A stretch of DNA of 64,000 nucleotides from the human T2T-CHM13v2.0 reference genome, Homo sapiens: assembly GCF_009914755.1 (NCBI RefSeq), contig NC_060941.1, one strand, 5' to 3'. The notes beneath the pieces are model-generated. The model ran no database searches, was not told where the DNA came from, and saw only the letters and a list, made by a program, of their open reading frames with translations. Both the position numbers and the translations under genes were made by a program. Positions 39,901 to 54,900 of this stretch are shown one piece after another (position 1 is the first letter of the stretch; every line of letters starts with the position of its first letter).

Positions 39901-42900
39901 TTTGTAGAAACTGCAAGTGTATAACTGCACTTCTTTGAGGCCTATCGTAGTAAAGGAAATAACTTCCTATAAAAACAAGACAGAAGCTTTCTCAGAAAAT
40001 TCTCTGGGATGATTGAGTTGAACTCACAGAGCAGTACTTTCCTTGGGATGGAGTAGTTTCGAAACACACTTTCTGTAGAATCTGCAAGTGGATATTTGGA
40101 CCTGTCTGAGGAATTCGTTGCAAACGGGATAATTTCAGCTAAGTAAACAGAAGCAGTCTCAGAATCTTCCTGTGATGTTTGCATTCAAATCCCAGAATTG
40201 AACCTTCCTTTGAAAGTTCAGGTTGGAAACACTCTTTTTGCAGGATCTACAAGTGGATATTCGGACCACTCTGTGGACTTCGTTCGAAACGGGTATATCT
40301 TCACATAACATCTAGACAGAAGCATTCTCAGAAACTTTTCTGTGATGACTGCATTCAACTCACAGAGTTCAACACTCCTTTTGAGAGCGCAGTTTGGAAA
40401 CTCTCTTTCTCTGGAATCTGCAAGGGGACATGCAGACCTCTTTGAAGGTTTCATTGGAAACGGAATCATCTTCACATAAAAATTACACAGAAGCATTCTC
40501 AGGAACTCCTTGGTGATGTTTGTATTCAACTTCCAGAGTTGAACTTTCCTTCGGAAAGAGCAGCTATGAAACACTCTTTTTCTAGAATCTGCAAGTGGAC
40601 ATTGGGAGGGCTGTGAGGTTTGTGGTGGAAAAGGAAATATCTCCACATAAATACTAGATAGAAGCCTTCTCAGAAACTACTTTGTGATGATTGCATTCAC
40701 CTCACGGAGTGGAGCATTTCTATTGACAGAGCAGTTTGGAAACACTCTTGTTGTAGAATCTGCTAGTGGAGATTTGGAGCGCTTTGAGGCCTATGGTAGT
40801 AAAGGGAAGAGCTTCACATAAAATCTAGACACAAGCATTCTCAGAAAATACTTTGTGATGATTGAGTTTAACACACAGAGTTGCACATTCCTTTGGATGG
40901 AGAAGGTTTGAAACACACTTTCTGTAGAATCTGCGAGTGGATATTTGGAACTCTCTGAGGATTTCGTTGGAAACGGGATAACTGCACCTAACTAAACGGA
41001 AGCATTCTCACAAAATTCTTTGTGATGTTTGCATTCAAATCCCAGAGTTGACCCTTCCTTTGATAGTTCAGCTTTGAAACACTCTTTTTGTAGGATCTGC
41101 AAGTGGATATTTGGACCACTCTTTGGCCTTCGTTCGAAACGGGTACATCTTCAAATAAAATCTAGACAGAAGCCTTCTCAGAAACTTCTCTGTGACGATT
41201 GCATTCAACTCACAGCGTTGAACCCTCCTATGGATAGAGCAGTTTTGAATCTCTCTTTTTGTGGAATCTGCAAGTGGATATGTGGTCCTCTTTGAAGATG
41301 TCTTTGGAAACGGGAATATCTTCAAATAAAAACTAAACAGAAGCATTCTCAGAAACTTCTCTGTGATGTTTGTGTTCAACTCACAGAGTTTCACGTTGCT
41401 TTTCATACAGCAGATGAGAAACATGCTTTTCGTAGGGTCTGCAAGTGGACATTTGGAGAGATTTCAGGCCTGTGGTGGAAAACGAATTATCGTCACGTAA
41501 AAACTAGAGAGAAGCATTGTCAGAAACTTGTTTGTGATGACTGCATTCAACTCACAGAGTTGAAGGTTCCTTTTCAAACAGCAGTTTCCAAAAACTCTTT
41601 CTGTGGCATCTGCAAGTGGATGTTTGGGCCTCTTTGAAGATTTCGTTGGAAACGGGATACTCTTCACAGAAAAGCTAAACAGAAGCATTCTCAGAAACTT
41701 CTTTGTGATGTTTGCTTTCAACTCACAGAGTTGAACTTTCCTTTTGAGAGAGAAGCTTTGAAACACTCTTTTTCTAGAATCTGCAAGTGGATATTTGCAG
41801 GGCTTTGAGGCCTGTGGTGGAAAAGGAATTATCTTCCCGTAAGAACTAGATAGATGCATTCTCAGAAACTACTTTGTGACGATTGCATTCAAGTCACGGA
41901 GGTGAACATTCCCTTTCAGAGAGCACTTTGGAAACTCTCGTTGTGTAGAATCTGCAAGTGGAGATATGGACCGCTTTGAGGCCTATGGTAGTAAAGGAAA
42001 CAACTTCATATAAAAACTAGACAGCAGCATTCTCAGAAAACTCTTTGTGACGACTGAGTTTAACTCACAGGGCTGAACATTCCTTTGGATGGAGCAGTTT
42101 GGAAACACACTATCTGTAGGATCTGCAAGCGGATACTTGGGCCTCTCTGAGGATTTCGTTGGAAACGGGATAAACCGCACAGAACTAAACAGAAGCATTC
42201 TCAGAACCTTCTTCGTGATGTTTGCATTCAACCCACAGTGTTGAACCTTTCTTTGATAGTTCAGGTTTGAAACACTCTTTTTGTAGAAACTGCAAGTGGA
42301 TAACTGCACTTCTTTGAGGCCTATCGTAATAAAGGAAATAACTTCCTATAAAAACAAGACAGAAGCTTTCTCAGAAAATTCTCTGGGATGATTGAGTTGA
42401 ACTCACAGAGCAGTACTTTCCTTGGGATGGAGTAGTTTCGACACACACTTTCTGTAGAATCTGCAAGTGGATATTTGGACCTGTCTGAGGAATTCGTTGC
42501 AAACGGGATAATTTCAGCTAAGTAAACAGAAGCAGTCTCAGAATCTTCCTGTGATGTTTGCATTCAAATCCCAGAATTGAACCTTCCTTTGAAAGTTCAG
42601 GTTGGAAACACTCTTTTTGCAGGATCTACAAGTGGATATTCGGACCACTCTGTGGACTTCGTTCGAAACGGGTATATCTTCACATAACATCTAGACAGAA
42701 GCATTCTCAGAAACTTTTCTGTGATGACTGCATTCAACTCACAGAGTTCAACACTCCTTTTGAGAGCGCAGTTTGGAAACTCTCTTTCTCTGGAATCTGC
42801 AAGGGGACATGCAGACCTCTTTGAAGGTTTCGTTGGAAACGGAATCATCTTCACATAAAAATTACACAGAAGCATTCTCAGGAACTCCTTGGTGATGTTT

Positions 42901-45900
42901 GTATTCAACTTCCAGAGTTGAACTTTCCTTCGGAAAGAGCAGCTATGAAACACTCTTTTTCTAGAATCTGCAAGTGGACATTGGGAGGGCTGTGAGGTTT
43001 GTGGTGGAAAAGGAAATATCTCCGCATAAATACTAGATAGAAGCCTTCTCAGAAACTACTTTGTGATGATTGCATTCACCTCACGGAGTGGAGCATTCCT
43101 ATTGAAAGAGCAGTTTGGAAACACTCTTGTTGTAGAATCTGCTAGTGGAGATTTGGAGCGCTTTGAGGCCTATGGTAGTAAAGGGAAGAGCTTCACATAA
43201 AATCTAGACACAAGCATTCTCAGAAAATACTTTGTGATGATTGAGTTTAACACACAGAGCTGCACATTCCTTTGGATGGAGAAGGTTTGAAACACACTTT
43301 CTGTAGAATCTGCGAGTGGATATTTGGAACTCTCTGAGGATTTCGTTGGAAACGGGATAACTGCACCTAACTAAACGGAAGCATTCTCACAAAATTCTTT
43401 GTGATGTTTGCATTCAAATCCCAGAGTTGACCCTTCCTTTGATAGTTCAGCTTTGAAACACTCTTTTTGTAGGATCTGCAAGTGGATATTTGGACCACTC
43501 TTTGGCCTTCGTTCGAAACGGGTACATCTTCAAATAAAATCTAGACAGAAGCCTTCTCAGAAACTTCTCTGTGACGATTGCATTCAACTCACAGCGTTGA
43601 ACCCTCCTATGGATAGAGCAGTTTTGAATCTCTCTTTTTGTGGAATCTGCAAGTGGATATGTGGTCCTCTTTGAAGATGTCTTTGGAAACGGGAATATCT
43701 TCACATAAAAACTAAACAGAAGCATTCTCAGAAACTTCTCTGTGATGTTTGTGTTCAACTCACAGAGTTTCACGTTGCTTTTCATAGAGCAGATGAGAAA
43801 CATGCTTTTCGTAGGGTCTGCAAGTGGACATTTGGAGAGATTTCAGGCCTGTGGTGGAAAACGAATTATCGTCACGTAAAAACTAGAGAGAAGCATTGTC
43901 AGAAACTTGTTTGTGATGACTGCATTCAACTCACAGAGTTGAAGGTTCCTTTTCAAACAGCAGTTTCCAAACACTCTTTCTGTGGCATCTGCAAGTGGAT
44001 GTTTGGGCCTCTTTGAAGATTTCGTTGGAAACGGGATAATCTTCACAGAAAAGCTAAACAGAAGCATTCTCAGAAACTTCTTTGTGATGTTTGCTTTCAA
44101 CTCACAGAGTTGAACTTTCCTTTTGAGAGAGAAGCTTTGAAACACTCTTTTTCTAGAATCTGCAAGTGGATATTTGGAGGGCTTTGAGGCCTGTGGTGGA
44201 AAAGGAATTATCTTCCCGTAAGAACTAGATAGATGCATTCTCAGAAACTACTTTGTGACGATTGCATTCAAGTCACAGAGGTGAACATTCCCTTTCAGAG
44301 AGCACTTTGGAAACTCTCGTTGTGTAGAATCTGCAAGTGGAGATATGGACTGCTTTGAGGCCTATGGTAGTAAAGCAAACAGCTTCATATAAAAACTAGA
44401 CAGCAGCATTCTCAGAAAACTCTTTGTGACGACTGAGTTTAACTCACAGGGCTGAACATTCCTTTGGATGGAGCAGTTTGGAAACACACTATCTGTAGGA
44501 TCTGCAAGCGGATACTTGGGCCTCTCTGAGGATTTCGTTGGAAACGGGATAAACCGCACAGAACTAAACAGAAGCATTCTCAGAACCTTCTTCGTGATGT
44601 TTGCATTCAACCCACAGTGTTGAACCTTTCTTTGATAGTTCAGGTTTGAAACACTCTTTTAGTAGAAACTGCAAGTGGATAACTGCACTTCTTTGAGGCC
44701 TATCGTAGTAAAGGAAGTAACTTCCTATAAAAACAAGACAGAAGCTTTCTCAGAAAATTCTCTGGGATGATTGAGTTGAACTCACAGAGCAGTACTTTCC
44801 TTGGGATGGAGTAGTTTCGAAACACACTTTCTGTAGAATCTGCAAGTGGATATTTGGACCTGTCTGAGGAATTCGTTGCAAACGGGATAATTTCAGCTAA
44901 GTAAACAGAAGCAGTCTCAGAATCTTCTTGTGATGTTTGCATTCAAATCGCAGAATTGAACCTTCCTTTGAAAGTTCAGGTTGGAAACACTCTTTTTGCA
45001 GGATCTACAAGTGGATATTCGGACCACTCTGTGGACTTCGTTCGAAACGGGTATATCTTCACATAACATCTAGACAGAAGCATTCTCAGAAACTTTTCTG
45101 TGATGACTGCATTCAACTCACAGAGTTGAACACTCCTTTTGAGAGCGCAGTTTTGAAACTCTCTTTCTCTGGAATCTGCAAGGGGACATGCAGACCTCTT
45201 TGAAGGTTTCGTTGGAAACGGAATCATCTTCACATAAAAATTGCACAGAAGCATTCTCAGGAACTCCTTGGTGATGTTTGTATTCAACTTCCAGAGTTGA
45301 ACTTTCCTTCGGAAAGAGCAGCTATGAAACACACTTTCTCTAGAATCTGCAAGTGGACATTGGGAGAGCTGTGAGGTTTGTGGTGGAAAAGGAAATATCT
45401 CCACATAAATACTAGATAGAAGCCTTCTCAGAAACTACTTTGTGATGATTGCATTCACCTCACGGAGTGGAGCATTCCTATTGACAGAGCAGTTTGGAAA
45501 CACTCTTGTTGTAGAATCTGCTAGTGGAGATTTGGAGCGCTTTGAGGCCTATGGTAGTAAAGGGAAGAGCTTCACATAAAATCTAGACACAAGCATTCTC
45601 AGAAAATACTTTGTGATGATTGAGTTTAACACACAGAGCTGCACATTTCTTTGGATGGAGAAGGTTTGAAACACACTTTCTGTAGAATCTGCGAGTGGAT
45701 ATTTGGAACTCTCTGAGGATTTCGTTGGAAACGGGATAACTGCACCTAACTAAACGGAAGCATTCTCACAAAATTCTTTGTGATGTTTGCATTCAAATCC
45801 CAGAGTTGACCCTTCCTTTGATAGTTCAGCTTTGAAACACTCTTTTTTTAGGATCTGCAAGTGGATATTTGGACCACTCTTTGGCCTTCGTTCGAAACGG

Positions 45901-48900
45901 GTACATCTTCAAATAAAATCTAGACAGAAGCCTTCTCAGAAACTTCTCTGTGACGATTGCATTCAACTCACAGCGTTGAACCCTCCTATGGATAGAGCAG
46001 TTTTGAATCTCTCTTTTTGTGGAATCTGCAAGTGGATATGTGGTCCTCTTTGAAGATGTCTTTGGAAACGGGAATATCTTCAAATAAAAACTAAACAGAA
46101 GCATTCTCAGAAACTTCTCTGTGATGTTTGTGTTCAACTCACAGAGTTTCACGTTGCTTTTCATACAGCAGATGAGAAACATGCTTTTCGTAGGGTCTGC
46201 AAGTGGACATTTGGAGAGATTTCAGGCCTGTGGTGGAAAACGAATTATCGTCACGTAAAAACTAGAGAGAAGCATTGTCAGAAACTTGTTTGTGATGACT
46301 GCATTCAACTCACAGAGTTGAAGGTTCCTTTTCAAACAGCAGTTTCCAAACACTCTTTCTGTGGCATCTGCAAGTGGATGTTTGGGCCTCTTTGAAGATT
46401 TCGTTGGAAACGGGATACTCTTCACAGAAAAGCTAAACAGAAGCATTCTCAGAAACTTCTTTGTGATGTTTGCTTTCAACTCACAGAGTTGAACTTTCCT
46501 TTTGAGAGAGAAGCTTTGAAACACTCTTTTTCTAGAATCTGCAAGTGGATATTTTGAGGGCTTTGAGGCCTGTGGTGGAAAAGGAATTATCTTCCCGTAA
46601 GAACTAGATAGATGCATTCTCAGAAACTACTTTGTGACGATTGCATTCAAGTCACAGAGGTGAACATTCCCTTTCAGAGAGCACTTTGGAAACTCTCGTT
46701 GTGTAGAATCTGCAAGTGGAGATATGGACCGCTTTGAGGCCTATGGTAGTAAAGGAAAGAGCTTCATATAAAAACTAAACAGCAGCATTCTCAGAAAACT
46801 CTTTGTGACGACTGAGTTTAACTCACAGGGCTGAACATTCCTTTGGATGGAGCAGTTTGGAAACACACTATCTGTAGGATCTGCAAGCGGATACTTGGGC
46901 CTCCCTGAGGATTTCGTGGGAAACGGGATAAACCGCACAGAACTAAACAGAAGCATTCTCAGAACCTTCTTCATGATGTTTGCATTCAACCCACAGTGTT
47001 GAACCTTTCTTTGATAGTTCAGGTTTGAAACACTCTTTTTGTAGAAACTGCAAGTGGATAACTGCACTTCTTTGAGGCCTATCGTAGTAAAGGAAATAAC
47101 TTCCTATAAAAACAAGACAGAAGCTTTCTCAGAAAATTCTCTGGGATGATTGAGTTGAACTCACAGAGCAGTACTTTCCTTGGGATGGAGTAGTTTCGAA
47201 ACACACTTTCTGTAGAATCTGCAAGTGGATATTTGGACCTGTCTGAGGAATTCGTTGCAAACGGGATAATTTCAGCTAAGTAAACAGAAGCAGTCTCAGA
47301 ATCTTCTTGTGATGTTTGCATTCAAATCCCAGAATTGAACCTTCCTTTGAAAGTTCAGGTTGGAAACACTCTTTTTGCAGGATCTACAAGTGGATATTCG
47401 GACCACTCTGTGGACTTCATTCGAAACGGGTATATCTTCACATAACATCTAGACAGAAGCATTCTCAGAAACTTTTCTGTGATGACTGCATTCAACTCAC
47501 AGAGTTGAACACTCCTTTTGAGAGCGCAGTTTTGAAACTCTCTTTCTCTGGAATCTGCAAGGGGACATGCAGACCTCTTTGAAGGTTTCGTTGGAAACGG
47601 AATCATCTTCACATAAAAATTACACAGAAGCATTCTCAGGAACTCCTTGGTGATGTTTGTATTCAACTTCCAGAGTTGAACTTTCCTTCGGAAAGAGCAG
47701 CTATGAAACACTCTTTTTCTAGAATCTGCAAGTGGACATTGGGAGAGCTGTGAGGTTTGTGGTGTAAAAGGAAATATCTCCACATAAATACTAGATAGAA
47801 GCCTTCTCAGAAACTACTTTGTGATGATTGCATTCACCTCACGGAGTGGAGCATTCCTATTGACAGAGCAGTTTGGAAACACTCTTGTTGTAGAATCTGC
47901 TAGTGGAGATTTGGAGCGCTTTGAGGCCTATGGTAGTAAAGGGAAGAGCTTCACATAAAATCTAGACACAAGCATTCTCAGAAAATACTTTGTGATGATT
48001 GAGTTTAACACACAGAGCTGCACATTCCTTTGGATGGAGAAGGTTTGAAACACACTTTCTGTAGAATCTGCGAGTGGATATTTGGACCTCTCTGAGGATT
48101 TCGTTGGAAACGGGATAACTGCACCTAACTAAACGGAAGCATTCTCACAAAATTCTTTGTGATGTTTGCATTCAAATCCCAGAGTTGACCCTTCCTTTGA
48201 TAGTTCAGCTTTGAAACACTCTTTTTGTAGGATCTGAAAGTGGATATTTGGACCACTCTTTGGCCTTCGTTCGAAACGGGTACATCTTCAAATAAAATCT
48301 AGACAGAAGCCTTCTCAGAAACTTCTCTGTGACGATTGCATTCAACTCACAGCGTTGAACCCTCCTATGGATAGAGCAGCTTTGAATCTCTCTTTTTGTG
48401 GAATCTGCAAGTGGATATGTGGTCCTCTTTGAAGATGTCTTTGGAAACGGGAATATCTTCACATAAAAACTAAACAGAAGCATTCTCAGAAACTTCTCTG
48501 TGATGTTTGTGTTCAACTCACAGAGTTTCACGTTGCTTTTCATACAGCAGATGAGAAACATGCTTTTCGTAGGGTCTGCAAGTGGACATTTGGAGAGATT
48601 TCAGGCCTGTGGTGGAAAACGAATTATCGTCACGTAAAAACTAGAGAGAAGCATTGTCAGAAACTTGTTTGTGATGACTGCATTCAACTCACAGAGTTGA
48701 AGGTTCCTTTTCAAACAGCAGTTTCCAAACACTCTTTCTGTGGCATCTGCAAGTGGATGTTTGGGCCTCTTTGAAGATTTCGTTGGAAACGGGATACTCT
48801 TCACAGAAAAGCTAAACAGAAGCATTCTCAGAAACTTCTTTGAGATGTTTGCTTTCAACTCACAGAGTTGAACTTTCCTTTTGAGAGAGAAGCTTTGAAA

Positions 48901-51900
48901 CACTCTTTTTCTAGAATCTGCAAGTGGATATTTGGAGGGCTTTGAGGCCTGTGGTGGAAAAGGAATTAACTTCCCGTAAGAACTAGATAGATGCATTCTC
49001 AGAAACTACTTTGTGACGATTGCATTCAAGTCACAGAGGTGAACATTCCCTTTCAGAGAGCACTTTGGAAACTCTCTTTGTGTAGAATCTGCAAGTGGAG
49101 ATATGGACCGCTTTGAGGCCTATGGTAGTAAAGGAAACAGCTTCGTATAAAAACTAGACAGCAGCATTCTCAGAAAACTCTTTGTGACGACTGAGTTTAA
49201 CTCACAGGGCTGAACATTCCTTTGGATGGAGCAGTTTGGAAACACACTATCTGTAGGATCTGCAAGCGGATACTTGGGCCTCTCTGAGGATTTCGTTGGA
49301 AACGGGATAAACCGCACAGAACGAAACAGAAGCATTCTCAGAACCTTCTTCGTGATGTTTGCATTCAACCCACAGTGTTGAACCTTTCTTTGATAGTTCA
49401 GGTTTGAAACACTCTTTTAGTAGAAACTGCAAGTGGATAACTGCACTTCTTTGAGGCCTATCGTAGTAAAGGAAATAACTTCCTATAAAAACAAGACAGA
49501 AGCTTTCTCAGAAAATTCTCTGGGATGATTGAGTTGAACTCACAGAGCAGTACTTTCCTTGGGATGGAGTAGTTTCAAAACACACTTTCTGTAGAATCTG
49601 CAAGTGGATATTTGGACCTGTCTGAGGAATTCGTTGCAAACGGGATAATTTCAGCTAAGTAAACAGAAGCAGTCTCAGAATCTTCTTGTGATGTTTGCAT
49701 TAAAATCCCAGAATTGAACCTTCCTTTGAAAGTTCAGGTTGGAAACACTCTTTTTGCAGGATCTACAAGTGGATATTCGGACCACTCTGTGGACTTCGTT
49801 CGAAACGGGTATATCTTCACATAACATCTAGACAGAAGCATTCTCACAAACTTTTCTGTGATGACTGCATTCAACTCACAGAGTTGAACACTCCTTTTGA
49901 GAGCGCAGTTTGGAAACTCTCTTTCTCTGGAATCTGCAAGGAGACATGCAGTCCTCTTTGAAGGTTTCGTTGGAAACGGAATCATCTTCACATAAAAATT
50001 ACACAGAAGCATCCTCAGGAACTCCTTGGTGATGTTTGTATTCAACTTCCAGAGTTGAACTTTCCTTCGGAAAGAGCAGCTATGAAACACTCTTTTTCTA
50101 GAATCTGCAAGTGGACATTGGGAGGGCTGTGAGGTTTGTGGTGGAAAAGGAAATATCTCCACATAAATACTAGATAGAAGCCTTCTCAGAAACTACTTTG
50201 TGATGATTGCATTCACCTCACGGAGTGGAGCATTCCTATTGACAGAGCAGTTTGGAAACACTCTTGTTGTAGAATCTGCTAGTGGAGATTTGGAGCGCTT
50301 TGAGGCCTATGGTAGTAAAGGGAAGAGCTTCACATAAAATCTAGACACAAGCATTCTCAGAAAATACTTTGTGATGATTGAGTTTAACACACAGAGCTGC
50401 ACATTCCTTTGGATGGAGAAGGTTTGAAACACACTTTCTGTAGAATCTGCGAGTGGATATTTGGAACTCTCTGAGGATTTCGTTGGAAACGGGATAACTG
50501 CACCTAACTAAACGGAAGCATTCTCACAAAATTCTTTGTGATGTTTGCATTCAAATCCCAGAGTTGACCCTTCCTTTGATAGTTCAGCTTTGAAACACTC
50601 TTTTTGTAGGATCTGCAAGTGGATATTTGGACCACTCTTTGGCCTTCGTTCGAAACGGGTACATCTTCAAATAAAATCTAGACAGAAGCCTTCTCAGAAA
50701 CTTCTCTGTGACGATTGCATTCAACTCACAGCGTTGAACCCTCCTATGGATAGAGCAGTTTTGAATCTCTCTTTTTGTGGAATCTGCAAGTGGATATGTG
50801 GTCCTCTTTGAAGATGTCTTTGGAAACGGGAATATCTTCAAATAAAAACTAAACAGAAGCATTCTCAGAAACTTCTCTGTGATGTTTGTGTTCAACTCAC
50901 AGAGTTTCACGTTGCTTTTCATACAGCAGATGAGAAACATGCTTTTCGTAGGGTCTGCAAGTGGACATTTGGAGAGATTTCAGGCCTGTGGTGGAAAACG
51001 AATTATCGTCACGTAAAAACTAGAGAGAAGCATTGTCAGAAACTTGTTTGTGATGACTGCATTCAACTCACAGAGTTGAAGGTTCCTTTTCAAACAGCAG
51101 TTTCCAAACACTCTTTCTGTGGCATCTGCAAGTGGATGTTTGGGCCTCTTTGAAGATTTCGTTGGAAACGGGATACTCTTCACAGAAAAGCTAAACAGAA
51201 GCATTCCCAGAAACTTCTTTGTGATGTTTGCTTTCAACTCACAGAGTTGAACTTTCCTTTTGAGAGAGAAGCTTTGAAACACTCTTTTTCTAGAATCTGC
51301 AAGTGGATATTTGCAGGGCTTTGAGGCCTGTGGTGGAAAAGGAATTATCTTCCCGTAAGAACTAGATAGATGAATTCTCAGAAACTACTTTGTGACGATT
51401 GCATTCAAGTCACGGAGGTGAACATTCCCTTTCAGAGAGCACTTTGGAAACTCTCGTTGTGTAGAATCTGCAAGTGGAAATATGGACCGCTTTGAGGCCT
51501 ATGGTAGTAAAGGAAACAACTTCATATAAAAACTAGACAGCAGCATTCTCAGAAAACTCTTTGTGACGACTGAGTTTAACTCACAGGGCTGAACATTCCT
51601 TTGGATGGAGCAGTTTGGAAACACACTATCTGTAGGATCTGCAAGCGGATACTTGGGCCTCTCTGAGGATTTCGTTGGAAACGGGATAAACCGCACAGAA
51701 CTAAACAGAAGCATTCTCAGAACCTTCTTCGTGATGTTTGCATTCAACCCACAGTGTTGAACCTTTCTTTGATAGTTCAGGTTTGAAACACTCTTTTAGT
51801 AGAAACTGCAAGTGGATAACTGCACTTCTTTGAGGCCTATCGTAGTAAAGGAAATAACTTCCTATAAAAACAAGACAGAAGCTTTCTCAGAAAATTCTCT

Positions 51901-54900
51901 GGGATGATTGAGTTGAACTCACAGAGCAGTACTTTCCTTGGGATGGAGTAGTTTCGAAACACACTTTCTGTAGAATCTGCAAGTGGATATTTGGACCTGT
52001 CTGAGGAATTCGTTGCAAACGGGATAATTTCAGCTAAGTAAACAGAAGCAGTCTCAGAATCTTCCTGTGATGTTTGCATTCAAATCCCAGAATTGAACCT
52101 TCCTTTGAAAGTTCAGGTTGGAAACACTCTTTTTGCAGGATCTACAAGTGGATATTCGGACCACTCTGTGGACTTCGTTCGAAACGGGTATATCTTCACA
52201 TAACATCTAGACAGAAGCATTCTCAGAAACTTTTCTGTGATGACTGCATTCAACTCACAGAGTTCAACACTCCTTTTGAGAGCGCAGTTTGGAAACTCTC
52301 TTTCTCTGGAATCTGCAAGTGGACATGCAGACCTCTTTGAAGGTTTCGTTGGAAACGGAATCATCTTCACATAAAAATTACACAGAAGCATTCTCAGGAA
52401 CTCCTTGGTGATGTTTGTATTCAACTTCCAGAGTTGAACTTTCCTTCGGAAAGAGCAGCTATGAAACACTCTTTTTCTAGAATCTGCAAGTGGACATTGG
52501 GAGGGCTGTGAGGTTTGTGGTGTAAAAGGAAATATCTCCACATAAATACTAGATAGAAGACTTCTCAGAAACTACTTTGTGATGATTGTATTCACCTCAC
52601 GGAGTGGAGCATTCCTATTGACAGAGCAGTTTGGAAACACTCTTGTTGTAGAATCTGCTAGTGGAGATTTGGAGTGCTTTGAGGCCTATGGTAGTAAAGG
52701 GAAGAGCTTCACATAAAATCTAGACACAAGCATTCTCAGAAAATACTTTGTGATGATTGAGTTTAACACACAGAGCTGCACATTCCTTTGGATGGAGAAG
52801 GTTTGAAACACACTTTCTGTAGAATCTGCGAGTGGATATTTGGAACTCTCTGAGGATTTCGTTGGAAACGGGATAACTGCACCTAACTAAACGGAAGCAT
52901 TCTCACAAAATTCTTTGTGATGTTTGCATTCAAATCCCAGAGTTGACCCTTCCTTTGATAGTTCAGCTTTGAAACACTCTTTTTGTAGGATCTGCAAGTG
53001 GATATTTGGACCACTCTTTGGCCTTCGTTCGAAACGGGTACATCTTCAAATAAAAACTAGACAGAAGCCTTCTCAGAAACTTCTCTGTGACGATTGCATT
53101 CAACTCACAGCGTTGAACCCTCCTATGGATAGAGCAGTTTTGAATCTCTCTTTTTGTGGAATCTGCAAGTGGATATGTGGTCCTCTTTGAAGATGTCTTT
53201 GGAAACGGGAATATCTTCACATAAAAACTAAACAGAAGCATTCTCAGAAACTTCTCTGTGATGTTTGTGTTCAACTCACAGAGTTTCACGTTGCTTTTCA
53301 TAGAGCAGATGAGAAACATGCTTTTCGTAGGGTCTGCAAGTGGACATTTGGAGAGATTTCAGGCCTGTGGTGGAAAACGAATTATCGTCACGTAAAAACT
53401 AGAGAGAAGCATTGTCAGAAACTTGTTTGTGATGACTGCATTCAACTCACAGAGTTGAAGGTTCCTTTTCAAACAGCAGTTTCCAAACACTCTTTCTGTG
53501 GCATCTGCAAGTGGATGTTTGGGCCTCTTTGAAGATTTCGTTGGAAACGGGATACTCTTCACAGAAAAGCTAAACAGAAGCATTCTCAGAAACTTCTTTG
53601 TGATGTTTGCTTTCAACTCACAGAGTTGAACTTTCCTTTTGAGAGAGAAGCTTTGAAACACTCTTTTTCTAGAATCTGCAAGTGGATATTTGGAGGGCTT
53701 TGAGGCCTGTGGTGGAAAAGGAATTATCTTCCCGTAAGAACTAGATAGATGCATTCTCAGAAACTACTTTGTGACGATTGCATTCAAGTCACAGAGGTGA
53801 ACATTCCCTTTCAGAGAGCACTTTGGAAACTCTCGTTGTGTAGAATCTGCAAGTGGAGATATGGACTGCTTTGAGGCCTATGGTAGTAAAGGAAACAGGT
53901 TCATATAAAAACTAGACAGCAGCATTCTCAGAAAACTCTTTGTGACGACTGAGTTTAACTCACAGGGCTGAACATTCCTTTGGATGGAGCAGTTTGGAAA
54001 CACACTATCTGTAGGATCTGCAAGCGGATACTTGGGCCTCTCTGAGGATTTCGTTGGAAACGGGATAAACCGCACAGAACTAAACAGAAGCATTCTCAGA
54101 ACCTTCTTCGTGATGTTTGCATTCAACCCACAGTGTTGAACCTTTCTTTGATAGTTCAGGTTTGAAACACTCTTTTAGTAGAAACTGCAAGTGGATAACT
54201 GCACTTCTTTGAGGCCTATCGTAGTAAAGGAAATAACTTCCTATAAAAACAAGACAGAAGCTTTCTCAGAAAATTCTCTGGGATGATTGAGTTGAACTCA
54301 CAGAGCAGTACTTTCCTTGGCATGGAGTAGTTTCGAAACACACTTTCTGTAGAATCTGCAAGTGGATATTTGGACCTGTCTGAGGAATTCGTTGCAAACG
54401 GGATAATTTCAGCTAAGTAAACAGAAGCAGTCTCAGAATCTTCTTGTGATGTTTGCATTCAAATCCCAGAATTGAACCTTCCTTTGAAAGTTCAGGTTGG
54501 AAACACTCTTTTTGCAGGATCTACAAGTGGATATTCGGACCACTCTGTGGACTTCGTTCGAAACGGGTATATCTTCACATAACATCTAGACAGAAGCATT
54601 CTCAGAAACTTTTCTGTGATGACTGCATTCAACTCACAGAGTTCAACACTCCTTTTGAGAGCGCAGTTTTGAAACTCTCTTTCTCTGGAATCTGCAAGGG
54701 GACATGCAGACCTCTTTGAAGGTTTCGTTGGAAACGGAATCATCTTCACATAAAAATTACACAGAAGCATTCTCAGGAACTCCTTGGTGATGTTTGTATT
54801 CAACTTCCAGAGTTAAACTTTCCTTCGGAAAGAGCAGCTATGAAACACACTTTCTCTAGAATCTGCAAGTGGACATTGGGAGAGCTGTGAGGTTTGTGGT

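Noticed and set aside
46912-46928. Variant box TTTCGTGGGAAACGGGA as a possible CENP-B box loss
   Set aside because: The change is at a non-essential spacer position, and the nine core bases are intact.
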